Positions 60,001-64,000 of a stretch of 64,000 nucleotides of DNA are shown here, one piece after another. The translations under genes and the position numbers were made by a program. The stretch covers positions 3,334,205-3,398,204 of the forward strand of contig JAUCCW010000002.1 of assembly GCA_034675825.1 (NCBI GenBank), read 5' to 3'. The DNA comes from Thauera sp. (GTDB lineage: Bacteria; Pseudomonadota; Gammaproteobacteria; Burkholderiales; Rhodocyclaceae). Below the pieces are notes generated by a model. That model was not told the origin of the DNA. It saw nothing but the letters and a program-made list of their open reading frames with translations, and ran no database searches. Each line of letters begins with the position of its first letter. Within the stretch, counting starts at the first letter, position 1.

Positions 60001-60162
60001 GATGCCCACAGAAACCTTCACCACCGCGGTACTGGCATCCTTCATCTCCAGGCGGGAAAAGGTGGGCAATAGCGGGGCGAACTTCTGCGGGTCGGAAAGC
60101 AGATTGAACACTTCGACGGGTGGCGGCGAGACATCGAATTGGCCGGAAAACTTCATTTCCAT
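57046..60162 (-). CDS. xanthine dehydrogenase family Mo-binding large subunit with N-terminal CoxG (SRPBCC) domain, 1038 aa
   Basis: First about 148 aa CoxG-like; then RKEDGRLIRG.G.FVDD, RSPYAHARI, GGSFG, GQGHET, GQVHG..A.GIG, KGMGEGG; TAATG overlap with the small subunit gene. Confidence 0.9.
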   Translation of the reverse strand: MEMKFSGQFDVSPPPVEVFNLLSDPQKFAPLLPTFSRLEMKDASTAVVKVSVGIGKIRGTASTQLTLQNKTEPTHATYVGTGKVMGGAYTMTTSFDLEPKGSGTLVKWKGEVLLVGKILSLAGGGMQGYAEQQINAVITSLQQAMSPQGHKAEPPALKSAGLLLRMMRLLGLARIPEAADITSESATTIVAELTMGWTGTGKADQTLKVRTPLKSIGRNKDFSGIVDRQASDKWVHAALSRKEDGRLIRGQGLFVDDYKVEGMLHMSLVRSPYAHARILRVNTTHAEALPGVVCTLTGAEIAAVCNPFMQIGPGTAQNIRDFSLAVEKAIYQGEPVVAVIAENPRIAADAAQLVDVEYEALPVATDWKSALEDRAVLHPGMGTNHHWQGLYEFGDIENAFAEAAHVVKIDQMDFHRTASTPLETHAVVAAWHPTGGVDLFCNNSFPAIAIQMIAPALGLSIDQIRCKTQDIGGSFGVKIGNYPYMALAALASKKCGGRSVKWVEMRNEHMLAGGHGGERTFLDTEVALDKEGVITAVRSRHIDDCGAYPRYEPLGCVIWSQVLPACYKVRNLRIDFNQVVTNKGPASPNRGYSRLQHLWFMERVIDICAHSLNIPSDEMRLRNYVREFPYTTPNGCVYDSGDYPLMLQKAKALIGWDEWKKKQAEARAEGRWLGIGIGTTLDSGTNNFGQARIVNPHLPFSGNSEVATIKLDIDGTVVVTLGSTPSGQGHETTTAQVVADELGIRPDMVEVRTGFDTAANSHSGHSGSYASQFAVTGLSAVYGACQKLKREMRMLAAFALEANEDDLEFTVGQQGPELRVKGTERGINYWALSSMVNINTASQPSTLADITLNIRHVYRPPFEIPDVNKKMGNLTLTYASQLHIAVIEVDRLTYVPKILSYAAIDDCGSVINPKIVAGQVHGAVAHGIGSALTEAHIYDKDGNLLTSTFTDYAPITSMGMPDLLFDDIETPSPFSYNGAKGMGEGGGAPLHTVSAAIQDALFGENVIIRQSFNSPNALYDAVKRADRVTAVNVVSRID

Positions 60163-60659
60163 TATCGACTCTCCCCGGCGTCGTTTGCTACCGCCTCGAT
60201 CGCCTTCAGTATGTTCTGGTAACCCGTGCAGCGGCAGACGTTGCCAGCAATTGCCTTGCGAATCGTCTTGCGGTCGGCGTGGGGCGTCTCGCCGAGCAGG
60301 GCGTGTGCGGACATCAGCATGCCAGGCGTGCAGTAGCCGCACTGCAAGCCGTGATGTTCGGAGAACGATCTTTGTAAGGGGTGCAGCTCGCCATCCCTCT
60401 CCAGCCCTTCGACAGTGAGGAGCTCGCCGCCGTCGGCCTGAACCGCGAACAGGGTGCAGGATTTCACCGGCGCGCCGTTCAACTGCACCGTACAGGCACC
60501 GCAGTAGCTCGTATCGCAGCCGATGTGTGTGCCGGTGAGATACAGTTCTTCGCGCAGGAATTCGACTAGAAGCAGGCGCGGTTCGACTTCGCGGCAGTAC
60601 TTCTGTCCATTTACCGTCACCTCGATGGTGATCAGCGGAATGATATTAGGCATAGACAT
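60162..60659 (-). CDS. [2Fe-2S] small subunit of molybdenum hydroxylase (CoxS-like)
   Basis: GCDTSYCGACT, HGLQCGYCTPG, GNVCRCTGY. Confidence 0.95.
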   Translation of the reverse strand: MSMPNIIPLITIEVTVNGQKYCREVEPRLLLVEFLREELYLTGTHIGCDTSYCGACTVQLNGAPVKSCTLFAVQADGGELLTVEGLERDGELHPLQRSFSEHHGLQCGYCTPGMLMSAHALLGETPHADRKTIRKAIAGNVCRCTGYQNILKAIEAVANDAGESR

Positions 60660-61542
60660 GGCTTCCTTCGACGCTTGCGTTTGCGCAACGGCGCATGGCG
60701 ACGCTGGCGGCCTGCAGCAGGAGACCGCGCAGCAGGCTGTGCTTGTATTCGGCGGTGCCGCGAATATCGCTGTTCGGTTCGGCGATCGCGCTGGCGGCTT
60801 CTGCCGCACGCGTCCAGAGCGACTCCGACAAGGCCCTGCCGCGCAGTTCCGCTTCGGCCTGCAGGGCGCGCCGCGCGGTCGGGCCGGCGCCGCCGAGCAC
60901 AATGCGCACGTCCTGACAGACTTGGCCCGCGTCGAGCGTGAGCTGGATGCCGACCGAACACACAGGGAAGGCCGCCGCTGATTTCTTGTAAGCGATGTAG
61001 GCGCCACCGCTGTCCTTCGGAGGCGCCCGGAAGCGGACCGCGACCACCAGTTCCCCGGGGGTCAGGGCGGTGGTATAGGCAGCGGTGATGAAGTCCTGGA
61101 TAGAAATCGTTCGGTCACCCATAGGGCCGGAACAGAGTACTTCCGCGTCGAGGGTGTGGAGTAGGGCCGGCCAGTCGCAGTTCGGATCTGCGGCGCTGAC
61201 TGATCCGCCGATCGTGCCCCGGCTGCGAACCTGGGTGTCGGCAATGCCGCCGGCACAGTCGCGGACGATCGGAATGTGCGCAGCGATGTCGGATTTGGCC
61301 ACCCAGCCGTGTGGCGAGAGCGCGCCGATGCGTACCCAGCCGTCCCGTGTCTCGGCGAAACGGAGGTCGGGCAGGCGACCAATGTTGACGAGGTCCACCG
61401 GTTCGTCCATCCTCAGTTTCAGGATGGGAATGAGCGTCTGCCCGCCGGCCAGAGGCTTGGCGCCTTCGCCCAATGCGGACAGCATCTGTATGGCTTCCTG
61501 CAGGGAGGTGGGACGATGATACCGAAATGGTGCTGGGTACAT
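60646..61542 (-). CDS. FAD-binding medium subunit of molybdenum hydroxylase (CoxM-like)
   Basis: LAGGQTLIP, IADTQVRSRGTIGGS, DIRGTAEYK. Confidence 0.94.
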   Translation of the reverse strand: MYPAPFRYHRPTSLQEAIQMLSALGEGAKPLAGGQTLIPILKLRMDEPVDLVNIGRLPDLRFAETRDGWVRIGALSPHGWVAKSDIAAHIPIVRDCAGGIADTQVRSRGTIGGSVSAADPNCDWPALLHTLDAEVLCSGPMGDRTISIQDFITAAYTTALTPGELVVAVRFRAPPKDSGGAYIAYKKSAAAFPVCSVGIQLTLDAGQVCQDVRIVLGGAGPTARRALQAEAELRGRALSESLWTRAAEAASAIAEPNSDIRGTAEYKHSLLRGLLLQAASVAMRRCANASVEGSHVYA

Positions 61543-61745
61543 GGCAAGCCCTCAAAGACGCATTGCATTCATCCTGCGGCGACGACCCTTGCCGGATCGA
61601 TTGTGTCCGGTCGGGACGAGCGCCACACCTAAACAGTCGGCTATCACGATAGAGCGAATCGTCGTTTCGTTCTTGTCGCACACGGCGATTGTATTGACTG
61701 TAGGTGCGCTTTCTCATTGATCTGAATTGGTTTATGTGTGGGCTT

Positions 61746-62486
61746 TCATCTTTCTGCGGGGCACGATAGGTTTGTCTGCGGCGGCATCGCCCCCTGTGGG
61801 AGGCGGACTCCTCTCTGAGTGCACGCGGCCGTTGTTGCAAGGAGGAAAACGGCGGTTGCCTGGCCGGCCAGTTCGCCGCAGGCGTGCGCCAGCATCAGGG
61901 CTTGGAGGTCGTCGGGTTCATCAATGTCGGCCGCCAGCGCCGCATCGTGGATCACGTCGAAGGGGACAGCGGCCGCTGCAGCGCTCTGGCAGAAGCGGGG
62001 CAGGCTGTTCTTGCCGAAGACCAGAGGCAGGGGCAGGGGTACGGGAGCGAGCAGGAGGTTCGTTCCGCTGCCCTGCTTGCAGGCGGCGGCTCGCATCCGC
62101 GTTGGGGGCGTTTCTCCGGTCCCGGAAACGAAGCGGTTGACGGCCTGTGGTGTGAGGCGCGGCAGGTCAGCGTGGACGATGAGAACGTGCGTCGCGCCCT
62201 GCGTGCCGGCCCAGGCGGCTGCGGCCGCCAGGTCCTCGTTGAGTCCCTGGGCGCACCGGGTATCGAAATGTGCGATTGCATCGATGCCCATCCGTTGATC
62301 CAGGGCGGGGATGTCGCTGACCAGGACCACCCGCGCGACCGTTCGCGAATGCTTAAGCACTGTTGCCACGTCCATCGTCATCGCCAGCGCCAGGGCATGC
62401 CTTGCCTCGGCGCTGAGTGCAGAGGCAAGGCGGCTCTTCGCGCAGCTGAAATCCTTGACCGGAACGAGCGCCCAGACCCGCTTCAT
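61746..62486 (-). CDS. cofC: 2-phospho-L-lactate/PEP guanylyltransferase
   Basis: VPVKDFSCAKSRLA, GLNEDL, HADLP, GTNLL, FGKNS, DIDEPDDL. Confidence 0.9.
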   Translation of the reverse strand: MKRVWALVPVKDFSCAKSRLASALSAEARHALALAMTMDVATVLKHSRTVARVVLVSDIPALDQRMGIDAIAHFDTRCAQGLNEDLAAAAAWAGTQGATHVLIVHADLPRLTPQAVNRFVSGTGETPPTRMRAAACKQGSGTNLLLAPVPLPLPLVFGKNSLPRFCQSAAAAAVPFDVIHDAALAADIDEPDDLQALMLAHACGELAGQATAVFLLATTAACTQRGVRLPQGAMPPQTNLSCPAER

Positions 62487-62956
62487 GGCTGTTTCGCCAG
62501 TTCGTCGTAGAACTCCATGCAACGGCGTGCGACCGTCACCTTGTCGGCCAGCATCTGCATCACGATGTTTGCCGAAATCACCTGCGGGCCCGACAGCGTA
62601 TTTTGGTCTGTAGCGTCGACTACGTAGCCGTCGAGGAAACCAGCATGGTGGACGGCGACTCCTGAGGTCGAGGGTTCGGCGGTCACTTCGCGCTCGGCTC
62701 CGCAGTACTGGATGTCCTTCACTGCGGGCGCACAGCGCTCTCCGTTGAAGTGTGTTTGGAAGGACACGAGCTCGGTCGCGGTGTCGATGTCCGGGCGGAT
62801 CGACCGGTCGAGATGATCGAAATCGTCACCCGTGTTGACGACAATGGTCAGCCGTTCGGGGGTCAGGACGTGGCTGAGGCCCAGCGTTAGCTTGGCACCG
62901 CCGATGCCGCCTAGCGCGAGGTAGTGTTGCGACCGCCACGGGAGATTGTCAGGCAT
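62483..62956 (-). pseudogene. cofD: 2-phospho-L-lactate transferase with large in-frame internal deletions (157 aa vs about 300+)
   Basis: GGIGGAKL and NTGDDF..L...I.PDIDT, then F..ERC.P.V, then the C-terminal LDGYVVD; the GWG/LGDRD and PSNP/AVSP blocks are missing. Confidence 0.8.
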
Positions 62957-62964
62957 TGCGGGCG

Positions 62965-63759
62965 TCAGAGAAACTTGTCCTGGGTCGTCGGCCGGATCAG
63001 ATCGGCAGCCCTGCCGTTGCCGCTGAAATCGACGCCGCGTACGACCACGATGGGCAGGCGCTGGATGGAGGGGCCCATCAAGATGGATGCGCCCGCGGCG
63101 ACTTCATCGGCCTGTGCGATTTCCGTGACCTCCAGTTCACGTCCGGCGAGATCGGGCTGGCCGCGGTAGTCCTTGAGCGCGTCGATGCCGGCGCTGCCGA
63201 TGCAGACGCCACAGGTGCCGAGGCGCCACGGACGGCCGAAGCTGTTGACGATGAGAACGCCGATGTCCACGCCACAGGCCCCGCGTATGCCCTCCCTTAG
63301 TGCGGCGGCGCTGCGATCTGGGTTTTCGGGTAACAGCAGCATCTGCGACTCGCCGGTGTCGATGTTGGAACGATCGATGCCGGCGTTGGCGCTGACGTAA
63401 CCGAGCCGGTGGCGCACGATGAGCAGGTCCCGGGCGCAACAAACGATGCGCTCGGATTCGCGTAGGATCATCTCGACCATGCGCGGATCCTTGCCGCACT
63501 GCGCCGCGACCGAGTGCGCGTGCGGCGAGACTTCGACGCTGTCGAAGGTCACGTATCGATTTTCGGACTTGGAGACGATCTTCTGGGTAACGACAAGGAT
63601 GTCGTGGGCGCGCAGGGTCAGATCATTGTCCCGCAGGTTTGTCAGGATCAGCGGCAGCAGCGGTTCCCCTGGCCGGACCATCGGAAAGCCCATGGGTGCG
63701 AACATTTCCAAGCGCCGGGGAGCGGTGCCGCGTTCAGTATGCGGCGTGCTGGCAAGCAT
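62965..63759 (-). CDS. cofE: coenzyme F420-0:L-glutamate ligase
   Basis: DILVVTQKIVSKSE, KDPRMVE.IL.ES, ANAGIDRSN, LLPENPD.SA, SFGRPWR, ADEVAA; SD GGAGG before ATG 63759 (alternative ATG at 63807). Confidence 0.9.
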   Translation of the reverse strand: MLASTPHTERGTAPRRLEMFAPMGFPMVRPGEPLLPLILTNLRDNDLTLRAHDILVVTQKIVSKSENRYVTFDSVEVSPHAHSVAAQCGKDPRMVEMILRESERIVCCARDLLIVRHRLGYVSANAGIDRSNIDTGESQMLLLPENPDRSAAALREGIRGACGVDIGVLIVNSFGRPWRLGTCGVCIGSAGIDALKDYRGQPDLAGRELEVTEIAQADEVAAGASILMGPSIQRLPIVVVRGVDFSGNGRAADLIRPTTQDKFL

Positions 63760-63809
63760 GTCGATTTCCCTCCGTTGTCCCGCCAGCCGGTGGGCCAGCG
63801 GGTTCATGC

Positions 63810-64000
63810 TCAGGACTCCAGCGCCTTGACGTGAGTGATCACTTCGCCGATGGCCTGCTGCGCGCTGCCGTACAACATGCGGCAGTTGTCCTTGTAGAAC
63901 AGCGCGTTCTCGATGCCCGAGTAGCCCGCACCCTTGCCGCGCTTGACGACGATGACGTTGTGCGCCATGTCGACGTTCAGGATGGGCATGCCGTAGATCG
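63810..64000 (-). CDS. pntB: NAD(P) transhydrogenase beta subunit, 3' end (continues beyond window)
   Basis: IYGMPILNVDMAHNVIVVKRGKGAGYSGIENALFYKDNCRMLYGSAQ matches the NADP(H)-binding domain III. Confidence 0.92.
   Translation of the reverse strand, partial: IYGMPILNVDMAHNVIVVKRGKGAGYSGIENALFYKDNCRMLYGSAQQAIGEVITHVKALES

Noticed and set aside
57046-61542. Aerobic carbon monoxide dehydrogenase (coxMSL)
   Set aside because: The large subunit lacks both the AYxCSFR and AYxGAGR loops; Cox-like accessory genes are shared by many Mo hydroxylases.
61543-61745. Moco riboswitch or FNR box upstream of the coxM-like gene
   Set aside because: I see no recognisable Moco-motif core and only a half TTGAT site.

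Overview
Betaproteobacterial chromosome segment; gene order and content point to Rhodocyclales (Thauera/Aromatoleum/Azoarcus-like), which is an inference. 1-36745 is conserved backbone: purB, secFD-yajC-tgt-queA, tRNA-Leu(CAA), accA-tilS, asmA, dctSR-dctPQM, ndk-rlmN-pilW-rodZ-ispG-hisS-yfgM-bamB-der-hfq-hflXKC-hisZ-purA. Four of these genes carry single +1 insertions in short homopolymers that look like sequencing errors. 36.75-41.0 kb is a scar zone: an IS30 3' end fused to a truncated aryl-alcohol dehydrogenase, an mddA-like methyltransferase, a (GCCCCC)13 tract, a decayed class C group II intron behind a terminator, and an IS21 element. From 41.3 kb to the window end lies an accessory metabolic island. 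It holds a Mer-like LLM oxidoreductase, FAH-family, atypical M20 and cyclase-family hydrolases, a fused FO synthase, a homocitrate-synthase-like enzyme, an AraC regulator and an SDR. A convergent operon encodes pntB-cofE-cofD(internally deleted)-cofC, a xanthine-dehydrogenase-family molybdenum hydroxylase with an N-terminal CoxG-large subunit fusion, and its own Moco maturation genes. The island is the best candidate for an undescribed deazaflavin(F420/FO)- and molybdenum-dependent pathway, though its F420 branch shows signs of decay.
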